The translations under genes and the position numbers were made by a program. DNA of 64,000 bases from Candidatus Magasanikiibacteriota bacterium. GTDB taxonomy: Bacteria > Patescibacteriota > Patescibacteriia > Magasanikbacterales > GWA2-37-8. Where the stretch lies: NCBI GenBank assembly GCA_016182085.1, contig JACOYB010000004.1, positions 147,923 through 211,922 on the forward strand, read 5' to 3'. Of this stretch, positions 37,364 through 46,745 are shown one piece after another. The notes below the pieces were generated by a model. It saw nothing but the letters and a program-made list of their open reading frames with translations. It made no database searches and had not been told where the DNA came from. Numbering within the stretch: position 1 is the stretch's first letter; the number at the start of each line of letters is the position of its first letter.

Positions 37364-37456
37364 TTTAATTTCTTACCAGTTATAAGCGAAGCTTTAAATT
37401 ACGTCGGGCTTCGAAAAAAGAAAATACATTTTCTTTTTTACTCACCCCTAGAAATT

Positions 37457-39187
37457 ATGAGTGATTTTCCTTCTATAAATAGTTTGCTTGGCCAGTCAAA
37501 GTCAAAACCTTCCGGAGCGGCTGCAAGTCCTGCGGGCGCCAGTCAAGATGCGGGCAAAAAGTTTGAGAAAAAAATTCATGAAATAGACCTTAAAGCCAAA
37601 GAAGAGTTGGTGGCAAAAAATGCCGCCAGTCTTGGTTTGGGGTATATAGATTTATCGGCTTTTCCCATTACCGCCGAAGCGCTTAAAACAATTTCCGAGA
37701 AAGATGCTACGGAACAAAAAGTAATTTGTTTTTTTAATGTTCCCGGAGAAATACGGCTGGGCTGCGTGGAGTATAATGACGCGATTAGCGAGCTTGCGTA
37801 CCAATTAGGAGAAAGCCACCATGCCAACACGCAAGCATATTTAATATCTGAAAATAGTTTGGCCAAAGCCATGAAGCTATATGCCAATTTGCCAGTCATT
37901 AAACCGGTAACCAAAGATATTAATATTACCGACGAGGAATTAGAAAAATTTAAATCCGGCGTTATAGATTTTAGAAGTTTAGAAGCTCAGTTTTTAAATG
38001 TTTCTATCAGTGATATTTTAACTTTAATAATTGCTTCGGCACTGAAGGTAGAATCATCCGATATTCATGTGGAAGCCGAGGAAAATGGCATCATGGTACG
38101 GTATCGTATCGATGGTATTTTGCATGACGTGGCCACCTTGCCCAAAGAACAGTGGAAAAAATTTGTTTCCCGCATAAAACTCTTGGCGGCGTTAAAAATA
38201 AATATTACGGATCGGCCGCAGGACGGCAGGGTAACATTAAAACTATCTTCAGGAAGTTTGGATGTGCGTGTTTCCACCATGCCGACTATTTACGGGGAAA
38301 GCGTGGTAATGAGAATCTTGCATAGCGGCAGCAAGGGCGTTACGTTTGATGAACTCGGGTTGCGCGGTGATGCGTATGCAAAATTGAAGAAAGAAGTAGA
38401 ACGACCAAATGGCATGATAATTACCACCGGTCCGACCGGTTCGGGCAAGACCACAACTATGTACGCCATTATGCGCACTCTCAATAAACCGGGGGTAAAA
38501 ATTATAACTTTGGAAGATCCGGTAGAAATTAAAATTGAAGGCATCAATCAAAGCCAGGTGGATGCCAGCCGCGATTATACTTTTGCCAAAGGTCTGCGCA
38601 GTTTGTTGCGCCAAGACCCGGATATTTGTTTAGTAGGTGAAATCAGAGATTTGGAAACAGCTGAAATCGCTATTCAAGCGGCCTTAACCGGACATTTAAT
38701 ATTATCTACCATTCATACCAACAGTGCTTCCGGTACTATTCCACGCTTCTTGTCTATGGGGGTAAAGCCATTTTTGTTGGCGCCGGCCTTGAATTCCGTA
38801 ATTGGTCAAAGACTGGTGCGAAAAATTTGCTCACATTGCCAGGAAGAAGATAGGCTAACGTCAGAACAAACAGAGCGCGTCATGAAAAATTTGGAAACAT
38901 TACCCGAAGCGGAAAAAAAGAACGTTGATTTTAAAAAGCTAAAATTTTTTAAAGGCAAAGGCTGTGAAGAGTGTAGTGGTTTGGGCTATAAGGGCAGAAT
39001 CGGAATCTATGAAATTTTCACCATGAACAAGGAAATTGAACAGGCAATTTTAGGCAGTCAGATTTCTGAGTATGCTATCCAGGAATTAGCCGTAAAAGGT
39101 GGTATGGTCACTATGGTGCAAGACGGCTTGCTAAAAGCCCTGGATAAAATTACAACCGTAGAAGAAGTCTTCAGGGTAATTGAATAA
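37457..39187 (+). CDS. pilB: Type IV pilus assembly / T2SS ATPase (PilB/GspE family)
   Basis: SDIHVE, RYRIDG, PQDGR, TGPTGSGKTTT, LRQDPD..GEIRD, TGHL..STIHTN, tetracysteine, GYKGRIG. Confidence 0.88.
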   Translation: MSDFPSINSLLGQSKSKPSGAAASPAGASQDAGKKFEKKIHEIDLKAKEELVAKNAASLGLGYIDLSAFPITAEALKTISEKDATEQKVICFFNVPGEIRLGCVEYNDAISELAYQLGESHHANTQAYLISENSLAKAMKLYANLPVIKPVTKDINITDEELEKFKSGVIDFRSLEAQFLNVSISDILTLIIASALKVESSDIHVEAEENGIMVRYRIDGILHDVATLPKEQWKKFVSRIKLLAALKINITDRPQDGRVTLKLSSGSLDVRVSTMPTIYGESVVMRILHSGSKGVTFDELGLRGDAYAKLKKEVERPNGMIITTGPTGSGKTTTMYAIMRTLNKPGVKIITLEDPVEIKIEGINQSQVDASRDYTFAKGLRSLLRQDPDICLVGEIRDLETAEIAIQAALTGHLILSTIHTNSASGTIPRFLSMGVKPFLLAPALNSVIGQRLVRKICSHCQEEDRLTSEQTERVMKNLETLPEAEKKNVDFKKLKFFKGKGCEECSGLGYKGRIGIYEIFTMNKEIEQAILGSQISEYAIQELAVKGGMVTMVQDGLLKALDKITTVEEVFRVIE

Positions 39188-39192
39188 AATTC

Positions 39193-39312
39193 AAGCCAGA
39201 TTGATTATTTTTGCAAACACCCTCTCGCCTCGCTGTGGCGGGCGAGGGGTTCAGATCTCGTCCCGACGCGAGTCGGGACTCCGATGTGTTGCCAAAATAA
39301 TCAATCCGGCTT
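39193..39312. repeat. MITE-like palindromic element between pilB and recG
   Basis: About 27-bp imperfect terminal inverted repeats AAGCCAGATTGATTATTTTTGCAAACAC / GTGTTGCCAAAATAATCAATCCGGCTT enclosing two GC-rich hairpins. Confidence 0.7.
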
Positions 39313-39348
39313 TTTATTTTTCTTTACAGTTTGTTATACTTGTTTCAT

Positions 39349-41460
39349 ATGGATTTAACAACCCCTGTTTCAGAGCTCACTCGCGTAGGTAAAACCGCCA
39401 GTAAAATACTGGAATCTTTAGGTATAAAAAATATTAAGGATTTGCTGCATTATTTTCCGTTTCGGTATGAAGATTATCGCGCGATTGTAGATATATCGCA
39501 GTTGCGTGATGGGGAACTAGTTACGATTTGCGGACAGGTAGAGCTTATAGCCAACAAGCGAAGTTTTAAAACAAAAAGAGTCATTACTGAAGCTTTGGTA
39601 TCGGACAAAACGGGCAGCGTACGAGTCGTCTGGTTTAATCAGCCATTCATACTTAAAAGTATAAAAAGCGGCGACAGGGTTTATTTATCAGGAAAAGTGA
39701 AAGTCGATATGCTGGGCGCGCAACTGGTGAGTCCGGTCTATGAAAAATACAAAAAAGATACCACCCATACGGCAAGACTCGTGCCGATCTATCCGCTCAT
39801 ATACGGCTTAACTCAAAAACAAATTCGATTTTTAATCAGCCAGATTATTCCCCTGGCCGACACAATTGCTGATTGGTTGCCCAAAGATATTATAGAAGCC
39901 ATGGATTTGGTGCCGCTTGCAAATGCGCTGCGCGGCATACATTTTCCGGTAGATGAACACGATCTACAATTAAGCACAGACAGGTTAAAGTTTAACGAAT
40001 TATTTTTAGTGCAGATAAAATCGGAGCTTTCCAGGCAGGAAAAGGCTGCTTTGAAAGCGCCGGTTATAATGTTCCAAGAAGAAGAAATAAAAAAGTTTGT
40101 GGCATCTCTGCCGTTTATTTTAACCAAAACACAAAAAATTTCGGCTTGGGAAATTTTGCAGGATATTAGCAAGGTTAGTCCAATGAACCGCCTTATTTCC
40201 GGCGATGTTGGTTCCGGTAAAACGGTTGTGGCTGCCATGAGCATGTACAATGTTTTTTTAAATGGGTATCAGTCGGTGATGATGGCCCCAACTGAAATTT
40301 TGGCCTATCAGCATTATCAATCGCTTATTAGACTATTTAGCAATATTCCGATACGCATCGGGCTGCTTACCCGAAGCCAGAGTCAAAAAGTACACATAAC
40401 ACAATCCGGTAATGGAGAAGATGCTGCCGCAACCAAGAAAAAAATTATTAGTGATATAAAAAGCGGAGATGTTGATATTATGGTCGGTACTCACGCCCTG
40501 CTTTCTGAAAGTGTTAATTTTAAAAATTTGGGCCTGGTGATTGTTGATGAGCAGCATCGGTTTGGCGTGGAACAGAGAAAAGAAATAAAAAATAAAGCCA
40601 TTCGTTCAAAAGGCAAAGGCAAGTCGGCTCATTTTTTGAGCATGACAGCCACGCCTATTCCAAGATCGCTCGCCTTAATGGTGTATGGTGATTTGGATGT
40701 TTCCATAATTAGCGAGTTGCCGCCCGGACGAAAAAAAATAATTACTAAATTGGTTGAACCGCTTAGTCGTGATAAGGCCTATGGGTTTATTCGTGACCAG
40801 GTGAAGCAGGGAAGACAGGTATTTGTAGTCTGTCCTTTAATAGAGTCAGATTCTATGGCACAGTTCCCAAATAATAATTTGGAAAAGAAGAGTGTTTTAA
40901 GCGAATACGAAAAATTATCCAAACAGGTTTTTCCTGATCTGCGGGTGCAGTATTTGCACGGCAAACTGAAGGCAAAAGAAAAAGAAGAAATTATGGTTCG
41001 GTTTAAAGCGGGTGAGTTTGATATTTTGGCCACAACTTCGGTGATTGAAGTTGGTGTGGATGTTCCTAATGCCAGCGTAATGATGATAGAAGGCGCGGAA
41101 AGTTTTGGCCTGGCTCAGCTACATCAATTCCGCGGGCGGGTTGGCCGGTCAATTTATCAATCCTATTGTTTATTATTTACGTCCTCTGGTTCGGAAAAAT
41201 CACTGCAAAGGTTAAAATTTTTTGAAGGAGAGAATAATGGATTTAAGTTGGCGGAGAAAGATTTGGAAATTCGAGGGCCAGGCGAGGTATACGGTACGGA
41301 ACAAAGCGGAGAAATGAATTTGCGGCTCGCAAAACTCACCGATAGAGAATTGATTAAAAAGGCGCGTGACGCGGCCAAGGTTATAGTTTCGGATTTACAA
41401 AAATTTTCTTCAGTCCTGCAACAGGTAAGAGATTGGGAAGTTAAAACCCATTTGGAGTAA
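39349..41460 (+). CDS. recG: ATP-dependent DNA helicase RecG
   Basis: Wedge domain; GDVGSGKT, DEQHRFGV, MTATPIPR, QLHQFRGRVGR, DLEIRGPGE. Confidence 0.97.
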   Translation: MDLTTPVSELTRVGKTASKILESLGIKNIKDLLHYFPFRYEDYRAIVDISQLRDGELVTICGQVELIANKRSFKTKRVITEALVSDKTGSVRVVWFNQPFILKSIKSGDRVYLSGKVKVDMLGAQLVSPVYEKYKKDTTHTARLVPIYPLIYGLTQKQIRFLISQIIPLADTIADWLPKDIIEAMDLVPLANALRGIHFPVDEHDLQLSTDRLKFNELFLVQIKSELSRQEKAALKAPVIMFQEEEIKKFVASLPFILTKTQKISAWEILQDISKVSPMNRLISGDVGSGKTVVAAMSMYNVFLNGYQSVMMAPTEILAYQHYQSLIRLFSNIPIRIGLLTRSQSQKVHITQSGNGEDAAATKKKIISDIKSGDVDIMVGTHALLSESVNFKNLGLVIVDEQHRFGVEQRKEIKNKAIRSKGKGKSAHFLSMTATPIPRSLALMVYGDLDVSIISELPPGRKKIITKLVEPLSRDKAYGFIRDQVKQGRQVFVVCPLIESDSMAQFPNNNLEKKSVLSEYEKLSKQVFPDLRVQYLHGKLKAKEKEEIMVRFKAGEFDILATTSVIEVGVDVPNASVMMIEGAESFGLAQLHQFRGRVGRSIYQSYCLLFTSSGSEKSLQRLKFFEGENNGFKLAEKDLEIRGPGEVYGTEQSGEMNLRLAKLTDRELIKKARDAAKVIVSDLQKFSSVLQQVRDWEVKTHLE

Positions 41461-41557
41461 AATGTAATAGGTAAGGCTGGAAGTGTTGACTCCTATTTTG
41501 TTTTTGTGTATCCTATTGTTGGCAAGGAAATTTTTTTGCCAAAGGAGCTCTTTCACA

Positions 41558-42175
41558 ATGACAAGTTCGAATATCCTTATGCCGACCGAAGCAGAAATCA
41601 GATGGTGGGTTTTGCATGTAACACAACATGCATATAACATCGAGTATTTTCTGCAAGAGTTAGGCCTTGGTAGCCAAGATCCGCAGCGACCGCATGATAT
41701 TGTTGGTTTGGGAAATAAGTTTGAGTGGGAAGTGATGTGCGGCTATGCCATACAGCGACGCGATAGAAGCCGGCAGTTTTTTGAGACACATGTACTGCCA
41801 TCTCTTAAACGGCATCGATGCCAGCATCATCATGTGATGTGGAATGAACCAAATGAGAGGGCTACGGTCGATGATATGAAGCTTGGTGCGGTCGATGCAG
41901 TCTGCTCACTACTTGAGCCTCGGGAGTATCAGGGAGGGGCGCATTCATTTGATCAAGTCTTGGCAATTGTGCCGCGCAATTCTATGCATAAGCAACCGTG
42001 GATAATCGAGCTCGTGTCAGAGATGCGTAAGTTGCCGATGCCTCCCATCGAGCGAATCGAATCTCTTAATGAGATACCGAATGTCGGAGTTTCAAGAAAC
42101 ACGCACGATATCGTGCGACAGCGTGTGGAAGAAACACGACGATACCTTAGGGATACATACGGAGCATGCGTTTGA
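41558..42175 (+). CDS. Orphan islet protein, His-rich, possibly HD-like metal-binding
   Basis: ATG 41558 after AAAGGAG; promoter TTGACT-N17-TATCCT at 41486; motifs HVTQH, PHD, RHRCQHHH. Confidence 0.65.
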   Translation: MTSSNILMPTEAEIRWWVLHVTQHAYNIEYFLQELGLGSQDPQRPHDIVGLGNKFEWEVMCGYAIQRRDRSRQFFETHVLPSLKRHRCQHHHVMWNEPNERATVDDMKLGAVDAVCSLLEPREYQGGAHSFDQVLAIVPRNSMHKQPWIIELVSEMRKLPMPPIERIESLNEIPNVGVSRNTHDIVRQRVEETRRYLRDTYGACV

Positions 42176-42212
42176 TTCTAAGGACTCCAATGAGTCCTTC
42201 TGCTTTTCCGGG

Positions 42213-43559
42213 CTATTTTAATATCTGCTCAACTACTTCTTTTACATTCTTTACCTGTGCAATTTTTAAATCAGAAGTTTTGACTATGTTTTGGGAAGAG
42301 GGAATAACGGCAAATTTAAATCCCATTTTTTTTATTTCATTTAATCTTTTTTCAGTTTGGGGCACAGGTCTGATTTCTCCTCCCAGTCCTACTTCTCCAA
42401 AAGAAGCGATTGTCTTAGAAATAGTTTTATTTTTTATAGCCGAGGCAAGAGCCAAAATTACTGCTAGATCTGCGGCCGGTTCTTCGGCTTGCAATCCGCC
42501 CACTACATTTAAGAATATATCGTAAGTTTCTAATGGTAAGCCTGCGCGTTTGGATAGTACGCCCACCAACACTTGTAAGCGGTTTAAATCAAATCCCGAG
42601 GCTCGGCGTTGCGGATAGCCAAAGTTGGTTTTGGTGACTAATGCTTGGATTTCTACCAGTACCGGCCGGCTGCCTTCCATAAGGCAAGTAACGGTAGAAC
42701 CCGGCACGGCATCTCCGCGTCCGGCCAAAAATATTTCCGAAGGGTTTTTGACTTCTTCTAGGCCATGGCTTTCCATAGAGAATACGCCGATTTCGTCGGT
42801 GGCGCCAAAACGATTTTTGGTGGTGCGTAAGATTCTAAATATATGATATTTATCTCCTTCCAAGTATAAAACCGCATCTACCAAATGTTCCAAAGTTTTG
42901 GGGCCGGCCACGCCGCCGTCTTTAGTTACTTGGCCGATAAGCACAATAACCTTGCCGCTTGTTTTGGCTAGATCTAGTAATTTGGTCGTGCAAGCTCGCA
43001 CCTGATTTATATTTCCAGCTTCACCTTCAACTTCAGATGCCTGTATAGTTTGAATTGAGTCTATGATTACTAATTTGCATTCCTTGTTCTGTTTTATAGT
43101 TTCAATAATATTTTCAACGGCTGTGGCATTGCCAAGCTTTAGTGTCGGCGCGGAGATGTTAAGGCGCTCGGCGCGCAACTTTATTTGTTCTACCGATTCT
43201 TCGCCAGATATATATAAAGAATGGGGGAGAATCGCGGCCAGCTGCAAGGCCAGTGTGGATTTACCGATACCCGGTTCGCCGCCGAGTAAAATAAGAGAAC
43301 CTGGTACCAGGCCCCCTCCCAGCACCCTATCTAGTTCGCCAATGTCCGTGGTTATTCGTTTAAATGCTTCTTTATTAATATTTTTTAAATCCGTAGTTTC
43401 AATTGGCGCGTAATTATTACTTGTATCTGTGTTTGATTTGGCAGGTTTTTGGCTTTGAATAATCGTACCCCATTTTCCACACTCCAAACATCGGCCAGTC
43501 CATTTTGCATACTGAGCATCGCAGTTGGAGCATGTGTACATGATAGAAGTTTTCGACAT
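42213..43559 (-). CDS. radA: DNA repair protein RadA/Sms
   Basis: C4 Zn finger; GEPGIGKST, IDSIQT, KNRFG; Lon-like C-terminus GEVGLGGEIR. Confidence 0.97.
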   Translation of the reverse strand: MSKTSIMYTCSNCDAQYAKWTGRCLECGKWGTIIQSQKPAKSNTDTSNNYAPIETTDLKNINKEAFKRITTDIGELDRVLGGGLVPGSLILLGGEPGIGKSTLALQLAAILPHSLYISGEESVEQIKLRAERLNISAPTLKLGNATAVENIIETIKQNKECKLVIIDSIQTIQASEVEGEAGNINQVRACTTKLLDLAKTSGKVIVLIGQVTKDGGVAGPKTLEHLVDAVLYLEGDKYHIFRILRTTKNRFGATDEIGVFSMESHGLEEVKNPSEIFLAGRGDAVPGSTVTCLMEGSRPVLVEIQALVTKTNFGYPQRRASGFDLNRLQVLVGVLSKRAGLPLETYDIFLNVVGGLQAEEPAADLAVILALASAIKNKTISKTIASFGEVGLGGEIRPVPQTEKRLNEIKKMGFKFAVIPSSQNIVKTSDLKIAQVKNVKEVVEQILK

Positions 43560-43575
43560 AAGCGCAGGGCAGGGT

Positions 43576-44775
43576 TTATTTATGAATATAAATAAATGAT
43601 GGTTTTTTGATTTCAATTTTTCTTACGCAAGTGAGTGTTTTTGTGGCGTCGGAATAAAAACTACATCCTTGCACAGCCTGGTCATTTTGAGGGTTAAGAA
43701 TTTGATCTTTAGTCATTTTTACAATCGCGCTATTTATTTTTGGATTACCACCCGGATCGTTTATGTTAAATGTCTGGCCGCCATCACTGCTTCCGGTAAT
43801 AACCATATAATGACCCGAATAGGTCTTAAGTTTATTGTCTCCCGTATAACCAACGCAAGGGTGGCAATTAAAAATTATAGGGATATTTTGTGTCGCCAAA
43901 GTTAAAGCCCGATCTCTGTTTATGTATGGCTCAAATTTTAGATCGGACCATTGGCCTTGGCCCCAAGCTTTTTGTATCTTATCTGCACTTATCATGGCCC
44001 CCGTACATCCCAGTGAAAATTGAGCCGTATCAATAGGCGTAACGTCCTTTCCTAAATATTTTAGGATCATCGCCATTGAGGTCGGGCCGCAGCCTCTTTC
44101 TTTTATAGTAGCAAAACCTTTTGTGCACTTACTAGTATCAAAAGGCCATTGGGGCTCGTCGCCCGGTTTTAGTTTGGCCCACCTAGGATCATATTGTCCA
44201 AAATAAGGAACCTGTCCTGTTCCGGGAGCGTCGCTAACGTCGACCTCATCTTCATAAGAAGGAGAAACTTCCAGCTCCTGTCTTTCTACGATTTTAACCT
44301 TTAACGCGTTAAATTCAGTTGTAGCCGGATTTATATTATATAGAATTGCAAACGAGCCCCAGGCAATCAGCAGGCCTATTACCGCTTGGCCTATTTTTTT
44401 GTAGGCCGCATTTTTTTGTTCGCCGCCGCCTGATGTAGTAATTCGTACACCCTGTAAAATAATTGTAATTACGGCCACAATACTGACAATGGCAATGCCA
44501 AATTTGTATAAGGTGCCAATTAATTCCGGGATCCAGGGGATATAATAAAATGTGCCTGTTTCATCGCTGTTTGACACTACTCTGCTTAAGTTTAAGCCGG
44601 GAATATTAATTTCCAGTGTCGGCCTTTTTCCTTTTAAGTCAACTTCCCACCAAAGCAGGCTCGGTTGAGAATAGGTAGTAGCTTCGTTAGTCTGGGCATT
44701 TGCCGGGGGTACGCCCAACCAGAAGCTGAGAGCGAAGACAAATAAAAGAATTGTTTTGACGGATAACTTGGACAT
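43576..44775 (-). CDS. Pilin-like membrane hairpin fused to a C39-like peptidase domain
   Basis: Signal peptide; TM-TSGG-TM-NP pilin-like motif; YFGQYDPRW, GCGPTSMAMIL, GHYMVITG, INDP. Confidence 0.75.
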   Translation of the reverse strand: MSKLSVKTILLFVFALSFWLGVPPANAQTNEATTYSQPSLLWWEVDLKGKRPTLEINIPGLNLSRVVSNSDETGTFYYIPWIPELIGTLYKFGIAIVSIVAVITIILQGVRITTSGGGEQKNAAYKKIGQAVIGLLIAWGSFAILYNINPATTEFNALKVKIVERQELEVSPSYEDEVDVSDAPGTGQVPYFGQYDPRWAKLKPGDEPQWPFDTSKCTKGFATIKERGCGPTSMAMILKYLGKDVTPIDTAQFSLGCTGAMISADKIQKAWGQGQWSDLKFEPYINRDRALTLATQNIPIIFNCHPCVGYTGDNKLKTYSGHYMVITGSSDGGQTFNINDPGGNPKINSAIVKMTKDQILNPQNDQAVQGCSFYSDATKTLTCVRKIEIKKPSFIYIHK

Positions 44776-44792
44776 AATATTAAAACCACCTC

Positions 44793-45446
44793 TTATTTTT
44801 TGATAAAACTTTCTAGCATCTCACGCAGGTTAATATCAGCTTCGATATTGATAGCTTTGTTGTTTATAAAAATTGCCGGCAGGGATGGAATGCCCAAGTT
44901 TTTTGCCAGTTCTGTTCCTGCGGCCACAGCTTGTTTGGTTTGATCGCTTTGCAAGCATGTTTCCCAGGCCGCCATATTTAAATTCATTCCTTGGATGATT
45001 TTTTTGAGTGTAGATTCGGATATATTGCCGGTTCCCACCGTATCAACAAATTGCCAAAACTTTTTTTGATCTTGTTTAGCCACGCACCATCCGGCTTGAT
45101 GAGTTAAAGATGCGTCTTTAAATAACAGTCTTGGCTGTGGAGCGTCTTTCCAGATAAGGCGCATCTGTTGCGGATATTTAACAACCGCTTCTTTTATGGT
45201 CATATGGAATGATAGGCAGTCTTTACAGTTAAAGTCCATAAATTCAACTATGGTAATAGGCGCTCCCGGGTTGCCCAAAATTAAATCAGAATCAGAGGGG
45301 GGAATGAAAGTCGCATTTTCTGAAATCAGAGCCGTAGGGGTTTGATTAATGGTAATTTGTTTGCTGCGATTAATTTGTAAAAAAAATAAAAATCCGGCAA
45401 GAACTGTCATTGCTAAGAGTAAAATGTAAAATTTTTTATGATGCAT
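44793..45446 (-). CDS. DsbA-family thioredoxin-fold oxidoreductase
   Basis: LGNPGAPITIVEFMDFNCKDC; cis-Pro loop SLPAIFIN; N-terminal TM. Confidence 0.85.
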   Translation of the reverse strand: MHHKKFYILLLAMTVLAGFLFFLQINRSKQITINQTPTALISENATFIPPSDSDLILGNPGAPITIVEFMDFNCKDCLSFHMTIKEAVVKYPQQMRLIWKDAPQPRLLFKDASLTHQAGWCVAKQDQKKFWQFVDTVGTGNISESTLKKIIQGMNLNMAAWETCLQSDQTKQAVAAGTELAKNLGIPSLPAIFINNKAINIEADINLREMLESFIKK

Positions 45447-45450
45447 ATTT

Positions 45451-46680
45451 TTAGAGCTGCGATTCAAATACGCCCGTTTTATTTAAATCGGTAAAGACCA
45501 CTTTGTTATCACCGGCATCGTAGAAGATGTTGCTAATATTATAATTACCATCGAGAGCAATCGGTGTTTTAAGACCGGTTTTTAAATCTATCTTGAACAG
45601 ATCGTCGGAATTAAAGCTGGCTACCGATCTTGATAATCCGGCGCCAGTGGGCAGATCTCGCGGAACGGCGCAGAAAATAGTGTCATCATTGCTAAAGGAA
45701 CATTTATCCGCCCAAGTATTTAATTGCAACAGTCTGCGATTATTGCCAATGCCGTCTCCTTGGCTATCTACAAGCCATAATTCCGGTTTAAAGTCGCTGC
45801 GAGAACTGTATACGCTATATAATAATTTATTACCGGTTGTAGACCATTTCGGCAAAAATCCAGCTCCGTCTACGACAGTGGATTTGAAATTTTCTCCATT
45901 TAAACCAACAAACAACACTTCCCGTCTCTCTCCGCCCTGAGGAGCGCCGGTCTGAGAAAATGCCGCAACCTGCTGGTTGGGGGACCAGTCTACAATTACT
46001 TTATCAGAATTTTCTCCCATCGGTTCAATAAGTTTGGCGCCGGTGCCATCGCTATTTACGGTAATGAGCCAGCGATTTGTCGGGTCTAGGCCCAGGCTTT
46101 TGGCAGCAATTTGATTGCCGTCACCGGAAAAAGAAAATTCTTCCCAATGTTTGGGGAGCGTTACTTGTTTACTAGTATCAAAATTATAAACGATTTTGGA
46201 TTTATCAGGGTATTCTATGACGGCTTGGTTTTTATTTTTTGCCCAGGTAATTTTTTGAGCACTGTAAAATACCTGATTAGACAAAGTTTTAATTTCACCG
46301 GTCGGGGTGATTCTATAAAATTTTCCATCATTATTGTTGTAATAGCGAAAATCTCCGCCATTGCTCAGTGAAGGGTATGTCGCAGTTTCGGATAAAACCT
46401 GGTTGGTGGTTATTGGTTTGTAATAAGCCGGAGTGGTAGATTGAATAATGCCGGAAATTGGCAAAATTTCTCCGCCCGGGCCGGTTATGACACCCGTAGT
46501 GGTGGCTGGCCTGGTGCCGGATCCGGGGAGTTGTCCAGTGCTGGTTTCCGTAGTCGGGGGAGGGGTGATACCCGGACCTAGTTGGCCGGTACCTACAAAA
46601 AAGTAATAAAGACCATAAGCCATAAGACCGGCTATAGCCAGCAAACCCACAATTAAGGCGATTCTCTTGAGAAGAGACAT
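45451..46680 (-). CDS. Membrane-anchored beta-propeller (TolB/WD40-like) protein
   Basis: N-terminal TM, Pro/Thr linker, repeated FSGDG / WSPN / WSTTG blades. Confidence 0.65.
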   Translation of the reverse strand: MSLLKRIALIVGLLAIAGLMAYGLYYFFVGTGQLGPGITPPPTTETSTGQLPGSGTRPATTTGVITGPGGEILPISGIIQSTTPAYYKPITTNQVLSETATYPSLSNGGDFRYYNNNDGKFYRITPTGEIKTLSNQVFYSAQKITWAKNKNQAVIEYPDKSKIVYNFDTSKQVTLPKHWEEFSFSGDGNQIAAKSLGLDPTNRWLITVNSDGTGAKLIEPMGENSDKVIVDWSPNQQVAAFSQTGAPQGGERREVLFVGLNGENFKSTVVDGAGFLPKWSTTGNKLLYSVYSSRSDFKPELWLVDSQGDGIGNNRRLLQLNTWADKCSFSNDDTIFCAVPRDLPTGAGLSRSVASFNSDDLFKIDLKTGLKTPIALDGNYNISNIFYDAGDNKVVFTDLNKTGVFESQL

Positions 46681-46745
46681 AGAATTCAGTTAAATCCTAA
46701 TGATAGGGAGACTATTAATAGTATATCATAAAATCAGCGGCGAAG

